Positions 16,532 through 26,813 of a stretch of DNA of 54,854 bases are shown here, piece by piece; position 1 is the stretch's first letter, and each line of letters begins with the position of its first letter. The position numbers and the translations under genes are program-made. The stretch is taken from positions 1-54,854 of the IMG/VR virus record IMGVR_UViG_3300048066_000293. One strand, given 5' to 3'. Source of the DNA: a virus (Duplodnaviria > Caudoviricetes). Under the pieces are notes generated by a model. That model had not been told where the DNA came from. It saw only the letters and a program-made list of their open reading frames with translations, and made no database searches.

Positions 16532-16937
16532 ACCAAGCAATCTTTTTACCTGCAGAAACTCTACGTTCTTGTTCTTCAACACTGCCAGGATAGCGCCAAG
16601 CCCATATAGCAACCAGTGCCATAAAGCCTCCGCTCCACATAACAGCTTTGATGTTACCTGTAGTAAACCACAAAAACGCAAGAGAACTACTCATTACTAG
16701 TACCATTGCGTATTTGCCCCATGTAGGGAATACTTTCTTCTCAACCCAATTAGTTAGGAACGGACCAAAGTATTTGTGATTGTATAACCATTTGTGCATT
16801 CTAGGCGAACTTTTTGCAAAACAATATGCTGCGAACACTAAGAATACGGAAAACGGAATGCCCGGCACGACAACGCCAATGTAGGCCATTCCTAAGGATA
16901 GAAAGCCTAAGCCCATCCACATATATTTTTTAACCAT
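16524..16937 (-). CDS. YbaN/DUF454 inner-membrane protein
   Basis: G.IG.VVPG.P...F...[18 protein letters not shown]. Confidence 0.85.
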   Translation of the reverse strand: MVKKYMWMGLGFLSLGMAYIGVVVPGIPFSVFLVFAAYCFAKSSPRMHKWLYNHKYFGPFLTNWVEKKVFPTWGKYAMVLVMSSSLAFLWFTTGNIKAVMWSGGFMALVAIWAWRYPGSVEEQERRVSAGKKIAWFK

Positions 16938-18117
16938 TAATTACCTCTGTTAATGCTTTAATTAAATCCTCAATCATACCATCAGTATGATACGGCGTGG
17001 GAGCAAAGCGTAGTCTCTCAGTACCTTCGGCTACTGTAGGATAATTAATAGGTTGCACATATATCCCATAGTCATTAATAAGTGAATCACTTACAGCTTT
17101 ACATGTTTTTGCTTCACCTATGAGTAAAGGAACAATATGAGTAGTAGAGCAATCCATAGGATCTAAACCAGCTTTGGTCATCCTATGCTTTAGTTTGCGA
17201 GCTCTTTCCTGATGCTGTTCCCTAAGTTCGTTATGATCTCGCAAGTATTTGATACTAGCAAGGGCACCAGCACAAGTCACAGGACTCATACTGGTTGTAA
17301 AAATAAAGCCTGAAGCTACAGAACGAATCGCATCTATGATGTCAGCGTCCGCTGCTATGTACCCGCCCTGTACTCCAAAGGCTTTGCCTAGCGTACCGTT
17401 TACGATATCCACATTATCCTGCAGGTTTAGTTTCTGTAAATAGCCTGCTCCTTGTTCTCCGTATAATCCTACGGCATGAACCTCATCAATGTATGTCATC
17501 GCCCCATACTGGTCTGCTAAGGTGCAAATATCGAGGATAGGCGACACATCTCCATCCATGCTATACACAGATTCGAACACAATACAAGGTGTTCCGGAAA
17601 CACTTTTTAGCTTATCCTCTAGGTCGTTCATATCATTGTGCTGCCATATGATCTTGTCAGCACCACTGTGTCTTATCCCTTGGATCAAAGATGCGTGATT
17701 ATTTGAATCACTTAAAAACACAATGTCGGGAATGATTTGTTTAAGAGCGACCAAACTCCATTCATTTGCAACATACGCACTAGAAAAGAGGAGCGCACTC
17801 TGCTTGCTATGCAAGTCAGCCAGCTCGTGTTCTAGTGCTACATGATAGTGTGAAGTGCCTCCTATGTTTCTGGTGCCTCCACTGCCAGCGCCTGTTTGAT
17901 CTAATGCAGTGTGCATTGCATCTATTACAATTTTATTCTGGCCCATTCCGAGGTAATCATTTGAGCACCAGTTTACAATCTCTTTGATTGCATACTTTCC
18001 GTACCAAATAGCTTTAGGAAACTTTCCGCGTTCTCTAAGAATGTCATTAAACACACGGTACTTGCCTTCCTGTTTTAACTGTGCAAGTACTTGTTGGAAT
18101 GGTTTTTTATCTATCAT
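16930..18117 (-). CDS. hemA: 5-aminolevulinate synthase (start MIDKKP)
   Basis: [32 protein letters not shown]-lysine motif GTLGKAFG. Confidence 0.95.
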   Translation of the reverse strand: MIDKKPFQQVLAQLKQEGKYRVFNDILRERGKFPKAIWYGKYAIKEIVNWCSNDYLGMGQNKIVIDAMHTALDQTGAGSGGTRNIGGTSHYHVALEHELADLHSKQSALLFSSAYVANEWSLVALKQIIPDIVFLSDSNNHASLIQGIRHSGADKIIWQHNDMNDLEDKLKSVSGTPCIVFESVYSMDGDVSPILDICTLADQYGAMTYIDEVHAVGLYGEQGAGYLQKLNLQDNVDIVNGTLGKAFGVQGGYIAADADIIDAIRSVASGFIFTTSMSPVTCAGALASIKYLRDHNELREQHQERARKLKHRMTKAGLDPMDCSTTHIVPLLIGEAKTCKAVSDSLINDYGIYVQPINYPTVAEGTERLRFAPTPYHTDGMIEDLIKALTEVING

Positions 18118-18154
18118 GTGCATATTTAACTAAATATTGTATAGGAGTTTACAG

Positions 18155-18463
18155 ATGCGAGCAACAGATATAGTAAGACAAGTATTAGATTTATTAGATG
18201 CTGTAGAAGGCCAACAAGATCTAAAGCCTAAGGTTATTCCTGATGACACTTGCGGAGCAGAACAAGGTGAACCGATTGCAGGACGATTCAAACAAATATT
18301 TGCAATGTTAGATGCACCTAGCAATGGACCTCTTGCTAACAGCCCAAACGAAGTAGTTGCTCCTGTAAGTGCAGTAACAACAGATGCAGGCGGTGGAGTA
18401 AATGGACCTAAAGATCCTGCAGACATTAGAGTAAAAGACCCAGGAGCATACAATGGCAGCTAA
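18155..18463 (+). CDS. Putative virion protein (start MRATDIV)
   Basis: TAAATA then AGGAG SD. Confidence 0.7.
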   Translation: MRATDIVRQVLDLLDAVEGQQDLKPKVIPDDTCGAEQGEPIAGRFKQIFAMLDAPSNGPLANSPNEVVAPVSAVTTDAGGGVNGPKDPADIRVKDPGAYNGS

Positions 18464-18677
18464 CGGAATATCAACACTAGCAACTAAACAGCTAAGACAA
18501 GAAGCAAAACTTACACTTGCAGGACAAGATAGAGCAGCTCGTAATGTGATACAACCAGGACGTTACGCAGATACAACAGCAGATTTAACACAACTACCTA
18601 CAAGATATGTAGACGACACAGTTGTAAACAATGATAATACAGGTGGCCTCAAGCAGGGCAGACCGTGGGCTACATAA
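18453..18677 (+). CDS. Putative virion protein
   Basis: 74 aa; MAANGIST...GRPW. Confidence 0.75.
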   Translation: MAANGISTLATKQLRQEAKLTLAGQDRAARNVIQPGRYADTTADLTQLPTRYVDDTVVNNDNTGGLKQGRPWAT

Positions 18678-18680
18678 TCA

Positions 18681-19544
18681 ATGCCCAATCTAAATCCAAA
18701 CTCAACTAACTACGTACACAGTCATGAGCCAAACACTAATGACTTACATATGGCAATGGACTACAACAGTGTAGGGCAACCTGTTATTAGAACGGTAGGC
18801 GGAGACATCTACAACAGTATCAACCTACCAGCAGGCTTTGGACAGATACACAAGTTTGGTGCTGTTCCTACTATGAGCATAGACACCGTTGGAACCATAT
18901 GGGACGAGGACGACACCATCTACCCTTGGGCGGCGATTGATGCCAACGGTGTGTTGAATATCAAAGTTACCAATACAAACAATGAAAACAATCTCAACAC
19001 AGACTTAGATGGTGACACAGTAGAGATACAAGGGTTAGATGAAAACTATGAAATACAGACTGAAACTGTAACCATATCAGGTTCAACAGCAACAACAGTC
19101 AATCCTTACAAAAGAATCTACAGAGCAAGATATCAAAACGGCGGCGGCTTTGATGTTAATACAACTGCTCGTATATTAATACAAACACAGACTAATGTGA
19201 CTGTGGCAAAGATACTAGAGAATCAAGGTCAAACACTGATGGCTATCTATACTGTACCTGCGGGCTTCACAGGTTACTTGATGAGATTAGATGTTACAGC
19301 ACAGGATGACGCAACAGGCGAATTCAAATTAATGGTTAGAGAAGGTGGCACTGGATCGTTTGCCATTAGGCACGTTGCTGAAGTAGTTGGCCGCGGCGGC
19401 CCGTATCAGTTGGAATATCCTATTCCACAATCATTTCCAGAGAAGTCAGACATTGATGCCCGTATGCACACTCTTGCAAACAACGGACGTTATACTTGCA
19501 CGTTTGATATCTTATTAGTAGATAATACAGCAGGCACTCCCTAA
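18681..19544 (+). CDS. Putative beta-rich structural protein
   Basis: 287 aa; IHKFG, YTVPAG.TGYL, PEKSDI. Confidence 0.7.
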   Translation: MPNLNPNSTNYVHSHEPNTNDLHMAMDYNSVGQPVIRTVGGDIYNSINLPAGFGQIHKFGAVPTMSIDTVGTIWDEDDTIYPWAAIDANGVLNIKVTNTNNENNLNTDLDGDTVEIQGLDENYEIQTETVTISGSTATTVNPYKRIYRARYQNGGGFDVNTTARILIQTQTNVTVAKILENQGQTLMAIYTVPAGFTGYLMRLDVTAQDDATGEFKLMVREGGTGSFAIRHVAEVVGRGGPYQLEYPIPQSFPEKSDIDARMHTLANNGRYTCTFDILLVDNTAGTP

Positions 19545-19559
19545 TTAGGTAAATACATT

Positions 19560-19856
19560 ATGCGCATAGATGAAATCACAATAAACATTCCAATCACAAT
19601 TGACCTAGACGGTGACAAACCTCGTGTAAACGTAGCAGGTAAGGATGCTACTAAAAAAGATGATAGTGATTTAGATCAAAATCCAGTAATGTTATCACCT
19701 CCACAGCAAGAAATTGAACTTGCTAAATCAGAACAAGGTAAAGAAAGTCCATATATTGACACTTTACTTGACGATGACGACGAAGGATCAGAAGAAACTA
19801 CTGATCAAGAAGATAATCTCGATAACATCAAAGCATTAGCCGGCTTAACCAAATAA
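19560..19856 (+). CDS. Acidic putative internal head protein
   Basis: MRIDEI N-terminus; C-terminal IKALAGL. Confidence 0.7.
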   Translation: MRIDEITINIPITIDLDGDKPRVNVAGKDATKKDDSDLDQNPVMLSPPQQEIELAKSEQGKESPYIDTLLDDDDEGSEETTDQEDNLDNIKALAGLTK

Positions 19857-19885
19857 ATACAGTTGTATTATAGGAGGGCACCTAG

Positions 19886-21583
19886 TTGGGATTGGTCCGC
19901 AAAATCAAAGCCGGTCTAGTCAAAATCAGCGTAAATGATTTTGTAGGAGAAGACGGCAATATATTCTTTGACATTGACGATGGCGTTATGCGCCTGTCAG
20001 ATGGTGCCACACCAGGAGGAATACCTCTAAGTTCTGGGGGCGGAGAAGGCGGAGCAAGTACATTTAGACAACTCTTAGATACACCTGGTTCTTTCAGTGG
20101 ACATGGTGGCAAATATCTAAAAGTAAATGCACAAGCAAGTGCAATTGAGTTTGTAGATGAAACTGTTTTTGATGGCGACTATGACTCTTTAACTAATACT
20201 CCTACACTGTTTAATCCATCAAATATAACTTCAAATCTTATTCCTGGTACAACTGAACTAATTGATTTAGGTAGCACTTCTAAAAAATTCCGTGACTTAT
20301 ATCTTAGCGGCAATACAATCTTTTTAGGTACAGCAGAAATAAGCCGCAATTCAGGAGGCGGCATTGATTTACCTTCTGGAAGTAAAGTTGGCGGCGTAGC
20401 AATTACTAGCACACCTAGTTATAATAATCTTACAGACTTACCAACTTTATTCAGCGGAGCATATGCTGACCTAACTGGCAAGCCAAATATACCTGTAGAT
20501 GTAAGTGACCTAACAGACACAGGTAGTTTGTTAGGTGGTGGAGGCGGTGGCGGAGGAGGTACATCAAACTATAATGATCTAACTAATCTGCCCGACTTAA
20601 CAGTATATCAACTAGCGTCGACTGCCTTTAGTGGAGCATATGCAGACTTAACAGGCAAGCCTACACTATTCAGCGGAAGCTATACTGATCTAACTGATAC
20701 TCCTGCATTGTTCAGCGGAGACTATACTGACTTAACTAACAAACCTACTACACTATCTGGTTATGGAATTACAGACGCTGCTACATCAGCACAGGGCGCA
20801 CTAGCAGACAGCGCACTACAAAGTTTTACAGTTACAGAAGGTATGGTAACTGCCCATCAAGCAGCTCTAAGTATAACAGAAAGCCAAATAAGCGATCTGC
20901 AAAGTTATCTAACAGCAGTATCTGAAGCACAAGTTACTGCTCATCAAGCAGCTCTAAGTATAACAGAAAGTCAAATTAGTGACTTTGGTACATATCTTAC
21001 AACAGTAGCATTTGCAGATTTAACTAGTAAACCTACGACACTTGTAGGATATGGAATAACAGATGCAGCAACAGCAGCCCAAGGTGCATTAGCTGATACA
21101 GCATTACAGAGTTATACAGTTACAGAATCAGATGTTACTACACACCAGGCTGCTCTATTAATTACAGAGAGTCAAATAAGTGATCTGCAAAGTTATCTAA
21201 CATCAGTTGCGTTTGGTGATCTAACAACAACACCTACTACTGTAGCAGGATATGGCATTACAGATGTATATACTAAAACAGAAACAGATAGCGCAGTATC
21301 AACAGCAGTATCAAATCTAGTAGGAGATGCTCCTGCTGTACTAGATACGCTAAGTGAACTAGCAGATGCTATAGGCGATGATGCAGACTTTTTAACTACT
21401 TTGAACGGAAATATTGCGCTCAAAGCAAACACAGCTGATCTTGCAACAGTAGCAACATCAGGCAGTTATAATGATCTAGCAGATCAACCTGACGTGTCTG
21501 ACCTAACTGACGTACAAGGTAAACTTGCAGCAGCAGGCGGCGTATCGGACGACGATGCTCTTGCTTATAGTATTATCTTTTAA
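19886..21583 (+). CDS. Tail fibre-like repeat protein
   Basis: FSGxYxDLTxKP repeats; duplicated PTTLxGYGITDAA...HQAALxITESQISD block; APAVLDTLSELADAIGDD. Confidence 0.8.
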   Translation: MGLVRKIKAGLVKISVNDFVGEDGNIFFDIDDGVMRLSDGATPGGIPLSSGGGEGGASTFRQLLDTPGSFSGHGGKYLKVNAQASAIEFVDETVFDGDYDSLTNTPTLFNPSNITSNLIPGTTELIDLGSTSKKFRDLYLSGNTIFLGTAEISRNSGGGIDLPSGSKVGGVAITSTPSYNNLTDLPTLFSGAYADLTGKPNIPVDVSDLTDTGSLLGGGGGGGGGTSNYNDLTNLPDLTVYQLASTAFSGAYADLTGKPTLFSGSYTDLTDTPALFSGDYTDLTNKPTTLSGYGITDAATSAQGALADSALQSFTVTEGMVTAHQAALSITESQISDLQSYLTAVSEAQVTAHQAALSITESQISDFGTYLTTVAFADLTSKPTTLVGYGITDAATAAQGALADTALQSYTVTESDVTTHQAALLITESQISDLQSYLTSVAFGDLTTTPTTVAGYGITDVYTKTETDSAVSTAVSNLVGDAPAVLDTLSELADAIGDDADFLTTLNGNIALKANTADLATVATSGSYNDLADQPDVSDLTDVQGKLAAAGGVSDDDALAYSIIF

Positions 21584-21591
21584 TCAAGATT

Positions 21592-21621
21592 AAGCCCGAG
21601 CTAGTTTCCTAACCCGGGCTT
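21592..21621. terminator. Hairpin between convergent genes
   Basis: AAGCCCG...CGGGCTT. Confidence 0.55.
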
Positions 21622-21689
21622 GCCAAATACTCTCTTATAGTTATTTACAGCTATGCTGCATTTTATTCTTTAAGGTTGTTTGTGTATAA

Positions 21690-22007
21690 TTATTTAGTTG
21701 GTTTACCGTTTACGAACTCGTAAAACTTTTCAGCCGCTTCTAATACAGCATCAGCACCTGGTACTTCAGGCATTTTTACTGTAGTTACAACTTCGTCGCC
21801 GTCCTTAGCAACAGTTGTTTCAAACTGTCCTAGTTTAGCGTGGTAGTCGTTCCAAATATTGTTCTGCGCCATTTCTAGCACTTTGGTACGAATCTCATAA
21901 CCGTTTTTGTTTGTTGTGACTTTTGGCATTGCTTGCTTGAACATATCTGCAATCTCTTGAGTTTGTTTCAAGATAGTTTCACCGTAAGTAGTTTCTACTT
22001 TTGACAT
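21690..22007 (-). CDS. Hypothetical protein
   Basis: 105 aa; AGGAG SD; sigma70-like promoter at about 22044-22072. Confidence 0.8.
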   Translation of the reverse strand: MSKVETTYGETILKQTQEIADMFKQAMPKVTTNKNGYEIRTKVLEMAQNNIWNDYHAKLGQFETTVAKDGDEVVTTVKMPEVPGADAVLEAAEKFYEFVNGKPTK

Positions 22008-22058
22008 AATATTTCTCCTTGTGTGTCTGTGTGTAGTGTTATTAATATAACGTATTAT

Positions 22059-22679
22059 TTAGTACTTGTCAACCTTTACATTGCCGTATGTAGCAATATA
22101 ATGATTAACATCTCTATGTCCTGCTTCGTCATCTCTAACAGCTAGAATTACATCACGCAACCTAGCATCATCCGCTAAGTTCCAATACGTAATTGCAATT
22201 CTAGGTGCAGGAACATTCTCAATGCGCCCTTCGTCAAGCTCATTAAGATATTCTGTGTACGAATACACAGCTTCTTCTTCAAAGTAACCTACTATTCTGT
22301 GTGCAGTAGATGGCGATATAAGAAATACTATAAAGTATACATGCCAGAATATAACTTGTGCAACCAGTATGAGCAGTCTTTCAAACCAATTAGGCTTTGC
22401 AATTTCAATGAACGTCATTAAATGCATACGTTCATTTTCTGCTTCTGCTAGTAGGGTACGGATTAGTGGCCCATATCCAGGGCGTAGTTTACGCAAACTT
22501 CTAAGATGCGTCCACATGCCGCCTACCATTCCTGGCACTGCGGCTACTGTTTCTAATACAACTGCTCTATGTCCATAACGCTTGCGGAAGAACGTATCCG
22601 CAAACCATCGCATACTTTTAGTAAAGCCGTATGCAAAATAGTCAGACGTAGAGGTTGGCTTGTAGTGGACCAGCGTCAT
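22059..22679 (-). CDS. aox: Alternative oxidase (di-iron quinol oxidase)
   Basis: [42 protein letters not shown]. Confidence 0.95.
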   Translation of the reverse strand: MTLVHYKPTSTSDYFAYGFTKSMRWFADTFFRKRYGHRAVVLETVAAVPGMVGGMWTHLRSLRKLRPGYGPLIRTLLAEAENERMHLMTFIEIAKPNWFERLLILVAQVIFWHVYFIVFLISPSTAHRIVGYFEEEAVYSYTEYLNELDEGRIENVPAPRIAITYWNLADDARLRDVILAVRDDEAGHRDVNHYIATYGNVKVDKY

Positions 22680-22683
22680 ATTA

Positions 22684-22809
22684 CTACGCAGTCATTTGCG
22701 CAATAGATATGTACATGATGCTGAATACAGTTATAGCAAGCGCCGCTTCCATAATCTGATCGCAAAATTGTCCATCGCAATTCTTAATTGCATTTCTTAA
22801 CCTATTCAT
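22684..22809 (-). CDS. 41-aa single-TM peptide ([16 protein letters not shown]...)
   Basis: Hand-translated; AGGAG SD. Confidence 0.6.
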   Translation of the reverse strand: MNRLRNAIKNCDGQFCDQIMEAALAITVFSIMYISIAQMTA

Positions 22810-22818
22810 TTTTAACTC

Positions 22819-22953
22819 CTATGATGTTTTATACATGTTGTGTTTGAACTCAGAAATTCTTTGAGCTTCTTTGTACAAACCTTTTGTACGCAATTCTCTA
22901 ATTGCCATACAATAACTTCTATATTCCATTGCTTTAATAAAACGTTTCCACAT
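22819..22953 (-). CDS. 44-aa basic peptide (MWKRFIKAMEYRSY...)
   Basis: Hand-translated; TAATG coupling; AIRELRTKGLYKEAQRI resembles AAAELSRQGYHAEAKRL of the upstream gene. Confidence 0.65.
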   Translation of the reverse strand: MWKRFIKAMEYRSYCMAIRELRTKGLYKEAQRISEFKHNMYKTS

Positions 22954-23138
22954 TAGCGTTTCTCTAACATTAAACGTTTTGCTTCTGCGTGATAGCCTTG
23001 ACGACTTAATTCAGCGGCAGCTCTTGCTCTGCCTGCTGACTCGCCAAATGCAATGAAGCCAATCCAAATTGCAATTATAGTTTTGCCAATTGCTTTGAAA
23101 GGATTAATTTTAATAGTTGTCTCACCTACAGCTTCCAT
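22953..23138 (-). CDS. Small hypothetical protein (start MEAVGE)
   Basis: TAATG coupling on both sides. Confidence 0.7.
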   Translation of the reverse strand: MEAVGETTIKINPFKAIGKTIIAIWIGFIAFGESAGRARAAAELSRQGYHAEAKRLMLEKR

Positions 23139-23395
23139 TACACCCACCCCTTGAGGTTTGTGTTAGCATCTGTGTGGACTTGGATACCTCTTTTCATAGT
23201 GATATCACCATTAGCAACAGCACGGATATCTCCACGGGAAATACCAATGTCATTTAGTTCATAGTCTGATAGTGATGAAAGGTCTTTTACTGCTTGACGC
23301 ACAGATCTTCTGTGTGCCATTTTAGCGTTTATTTTTTTGATCCAGTTCGCTACTCCTGAAAGGCTGTAACCAGCCGCCATTGTCAACGTAGTCAT
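23138..23395 (-). CDS. DUF1127 (YjiS-like) small protein
   Basis: R.....L..LSD.EL.DIGI.RGDI; AAGGAG SD. Confidence 0.9.
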   Translation of the reverse strand: MTTLTMAAGYSLSGVANWIKKINAKMAHRRSVRQAVKDLSSLSDYELNDIGISRGDIRAVANGDITMKRGIQVHTDANTNLKGWV

Positions 23396-23693
23396 TGCTA
23401 CATTCTCCTTTGTATATATGTGTGTGTGATTTTAGGAATCAACTAACCCCGGAACTTCCCCGGCTGTGCAGTCTGTTGTATGGCGTAAGACACGCCCTAG
23501 TCTTTCCCAGTGCCATTCATTTTTTCTGAGCTGAAGCCGCTCTTCGTTACGTTTGTATATAATAGCATCTTACAGGGTGTATGTCAACCATTACTTATTG
23601 TAACGCTTTTATTTATCATGCACAAGCTACATACCTGAGCGTTTTGGTATGTATTTTATGCATACACGATATGTTTGTAGTTAATACCATGAG

Positions 23694-23756
23694 TGTAATC
23701 TGTATGTAATCATTATTCAATTAAATATTGACAGTACAACAAACCTGTAGTACTAT
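23694..23756 (+). promoter_or_regulatory. sigma70 promoter with a candidate Pho box
   Basis: TGTAAT at 23694 and 23705 (11-nt period); TTGACA 23728; TACTAT 23751. Confidence 0.5.
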
Positions 23757-23830
23757 AAACACGAAGGCAACGTCGAGCCTTCTTGACTATGTGAGCGATG
23801 TGGTAAAGACATCAAGCAGAGGAGAAAACA

Positions 23831-24802
23831 ATGGACGCACTCACCTTATGGAGCCTGACCGGGTTCCTATTTGCCGCTTATGCGGTTATCGCAAATGATT
23901 CAGTACAAACTCTCGGTACATGGATGGCATCAAACAATGAGAGATTCAACTACAAAACATTATGGATTGCAGCATCCGCTGTACTGTTAGCCACATTATG
24001 GTATGGCTGGCATGTAAATGGTGGAGACATCAGTTATGGACGACTAAACAAAATCCCATGGCAAGAGGTACAATGGTATCACGCAGCCGCACCTGCTATT
24101 CTTGTAGCACTTACAAGGATGGGCGTACCAGTTAGCACAAGTTTCTTAGTGCTATCGGTATTTGCTTCAACCTTTGTGTTGGAGAAGATGCTTATGAAAT
24201 CAATCATGGGCTATGGTGTAGCAGCAGGCTTTGCATATGTAGTATGGTTTGCAATACACAAATATTTTGGCAAATGGTATGATGAGACAGCACCTGTCAC
24301 AGAAAGCAACAAGAAGTTTTGGCGCATTGCTCAATGGGTAGCAACAGGCGGCCTGTGGTGGACATGGCTGAGTCATGACATGGCAAACATTGCAGTGTTC
24401 CTTCCACGTGAAGTTCCACTGGACCTAATGTTCCTAGTCAGCGCAGTGTTTGTAGGCGGCTTGTTCTTTATGTTTAAAGAACGTGGCGGCAAGATCCAAC
24501 AGATTGTATTAGAGAAACACAACACAAGATACGTGCGTAGTGCAACGTTGATTGACTTGTTCTATTGGTTGTGCTTGTACTTCTTCAAAGAGCTGAATGA
24601 CATTCCAATGAGTACAACATGGGTGTTCGTAGGCTTGTTAGCAGGACGTGAGTTGGCTATGGCAACATACTTTGGCAAGAAGAAAACCAAGAGTGTGTTT
24701 CCGTTAGTAGCAAAGGACTTTGGTAAGATGATGGTAGGATTGGGTGCAAGTGTTGCACTAGTTCTTGCTATACATTACATAATTTTACCAAACGGAATGT
24801 AA
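23831..24802 (+). CDS. Multi-TM transporter, PiT/PHO4-like
   Basis: About 9-10 TM segments; IANDSVQ/SHDMAN and PVSTS/PMSTT repeats characteristic of the PiT fold. Confidence 0.7.
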   Translation: MDALTLWSLTGFLFAAYAVIANDSVQTLGTWMASNNERFNYKTLWIAASAVLLATLWYGWHVNGGDISYGRLNKIPWQEVQWYHAAAPAILVALTRMGVPVSTSFLVLSVFASTFVLEKMLMKSIMGYGVAAGFAYVVWFAIHKYFGKWYDETAPVTESNKKFWRIAQWVATGGLWWTWLSHDMANIAVFLPREVPLDLMFLVSAVFVGGLFFMFKERGGKIQQIVLEKHNTRYVRSATLIDLFYWLCLYFFKELNDIPMSTTWVFVGLLAGRELAMATYFGKKKTKSVFPLVAKDFGKMMVGLGASVALVLAIHYIILPNGM

Positions 24803-24808
24803 CAAACA

Positions 24809-24841
24809 AGGAAGGTTGTGTTCGACGGCACAACCTTTTCT
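24809..24841. terminator. Terminator hairpin between convergent genes
   Basis: AAGGTTGTG...CACAACCTT followed by TTC. Confidence 0.75.
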
Positions 24842-24846
24842 CTTGA

Positions 24847-25632
24847 CTAGTGTTGTGTATTTTCTTTACCCTTTGCAAATAATGAAAGATAAAGAATATA
24901 ATTATCTATAGAATGATCAGAAAAGTTATCAATTTTTCCTCTCTTTATTCCCATCCACATACCACGCCAGCGATCCTTAACACGCTGCCACCTAGTCAAA
25001 TTGCGAACATTGCCATATGCATTCATATAGTGTTCTTCGCCATGATGTGTATAACCCATCCATTTATAAGGAACAGTAGTGACAATGTCATTATTGTTCT
25101 TCCAACGATGGTGTACGACACCTAAATGGACAACATAACCTTTCCAACCTACTCTTGGTGAACCATAAGTGTATAATTCCTCTGGATTTGGCAAACGTGT
25201 GTTAAAGTGACAGCGACTTGCCATTATAGTTGCCATTGCAGCTCCTAAACTATGACCGCAGAACCAAAGTTTTTGCTTAGGTTGCTTTGACATTAGGTCT
25301 GCCATTATTCTTGGCCACAGTTCATCTACTTCTGCTTTAAATCCTCTATGAACTCTACTAACAGTTTCAGCAACGACAGGCATTGCTTTTAAATCTGCTG
25401 CAATATCGTTAAATTGTGTAGGTTGTGTTCCGCGACACGCAATTACTATATCTGTGTCATTCATAAAACGATATGCTTGCGCACCGTCTTTGTTATAAAA
25501 TTCTACTTCAGTGAAACCTAATCTTTCCGCTTGCTTTTTAGCTACTTTGATGTTATTATAAGATATCTTGGATAGTCTAGCAAATAAAAGAGAACGTTTT
25601 TTGAAGTCAATGTCCTTAATACCGCTTGTCAT
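24847..25632 (-). CDS. Class 3 lipase
   Basis: ACRGT, VHRGF, GHSLGAAMA, YTYGSPRVG, NDIVT.VP. Confidence 0.92.
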   Translation of the reverse strand: MTSGIKDIDFKKRSLLFARLSKISYNNIKVAKKQAERLGFTEVEFYNKDGAQAYRFMNDTDIVIACRGTQPTQFNDIAADLKAMPVVAETVSRVHRGFKAEVDELWPRIMADLMSKQPKQKLWFCGHSLGAAMATIMASRCHFNTRLPNPEELYTYGSPRVGWKGYVVHLGVVHHRWKNNNDIVTTVPYKWMGYTHHGEEHYMNAYGNVRNLTRWQRVKDRWRGMWMGIKRGKIDNFSDHSIDNYILYLSLFAKGKENTQH

Positions 25633-25693
25633 TGTTTTCTCCGTTCGATGTTATAATATTTATATGTGTTAAGACACTAAATACTGCATAGGA

Positions 25694-25966
25694 ATGGAAA
25701 ACATGAAAAAACGTACTAGATCAATTTTAGAAGAACTTAACAGTGTCCACGGGACTCGCGACAACGAGCGTTTGATTGAGTCTACTGCTAATAATATTAT
25801 AGAAAGTTCTATTAATCTTTTAAGCAGAATTCACGAACAATTTGATATGGAAACTGCTTCTGAACTTGAAAGACGTTTTATTAATAGTATTAGATCGGGA
25901 GATCCCCGTAAGTTCCGTCGCAGCATAAACAAAATTATAGAGAACAAAAACAATGACAATACTTAA
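25694..25966 (+). CDS. Conserved phage hypothetical protein
   Basis: KRTRSILEEL...; TAAATA upstream. Confidence 0.75.
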   Translation: MENMKKRTRSILEELNSVHGTRDNERLIESTANNIIESSINLLSRIHEQFDMETASELERRFINSIRSGDPRKFRRSINKIIENKNNDNT

Positions 25967-26813
25967 CGAAGGCGGAAACGTATTTAAAACACCACAAGGT
26001 CCTTTGACTCAACGTATTGCTACAAAGGATGTACATCCTACTATTCAGTTTATTGAAAAGATTACAGGCTTGACCTTTGACGAAGAAGATTGGTTAGGTA
26101 CAACAGGTAAAAAGAATGATCCAGACGGAGCGTTTGAAAAGAATAGTTCAGGCGACTTAGATCTAAACACAGATGCAAACAAAGTAAGCAAAGAACAATT
26201 GATTGCTAAACTAAGTGCATGGCTTGCAACACAAGGTGTTGACAAAGCAGATATTATGAATCAAGGCAGAGGGAAGACAGACGGCTGGATACATAACGCA
26301 GGAGACCAAATTCACTTCCGTACACCTATTGACGGCAATTCTAAGAATGGCTTTGTGCAGACTGACTTTATGTTTACATCTAATCCTGACTTTCAGCGTG
26401 GAGCCAAGCGTGGTGGAACACAACAATATTCAGGCAAGGACAGAGCTATCTTGTTATCAGCAATTGCTAGAGGCAGAGGCTTAAAATTTAGTCCTAAGTT
26501 TGGATTAGTTGACCCAGAGCAAGGCGACAAAGTTATTGCTGATACATGGAAAACAATTGCACCAGCGTTGTTAGGTAAAGGTGCAAAAGAAACTGATACA
26601 CATACTGTTGAAAGTATGCTTAAATATTTAAAGAAAGATCCAAACTACGAAGAACTGATTGCTCCGTGGAAAGAAGCGATGGAGAAAGCAGGTAAAGAAG
26701 TTCCTGAGTCACAATCTAAAACACTAGAAGATAAACAACTTGATCGTATTAAAGAACTAAGCGGAGTATTGTTAAACAGTACTGTAATGGTATCAGGAAG
26801 TTTTGTAAAATGA
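25953..26813 (+). CDS. Pol-beta-superfamily nucleotidyltransferase-like protein, probably virion-packaged
   Basis: LGTTG...SGDLDL...QTDFM; ILNE-G N-terminal putative cleavage site; C-terminal RIKELSG. Confidence 0.65.
   Translation: MTILNEGGNVFKTPQGPLTQRIATKDVHPTIQFIEKITGLTFDEEDWLGTTGKKNDPDGAFEKNSSGDLDLNTDANKVSKEQLIAKLSAWLATQGVDKADIMNQGRGKTDGWIHNAGDQIHFRTPIDGNSKNGFVQTDFMFTSNPDFQRGAKRGGTQQYSGKDRAILLSAIARGRGLKFSPKFGLVDPEQGDKVIADTWKTIAPALLGKGAKETDTHTVESMLKYLKKDPNYEELIAPWKEAMEKAGKEVPESQSKTLEDKQLDRIKELSGVLLNSTVMVSGSFVK

Noticed and set aside
20700-21270. Tail-fibre DNA duplication as a diversity-generating retroelement TR/VR pair
   Set aside because: Both copies are in-frame within one CDS, the differences are not adenine-specific, and no reverse transcriptase is present in the window
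23396-23555. Cobalamin or other known riboswitch in the DUF1127 leader
   Set aside because: Only a GGCACTGGGAAAG resemblance; the other conserved elements are not seen; needs an Rfam scan
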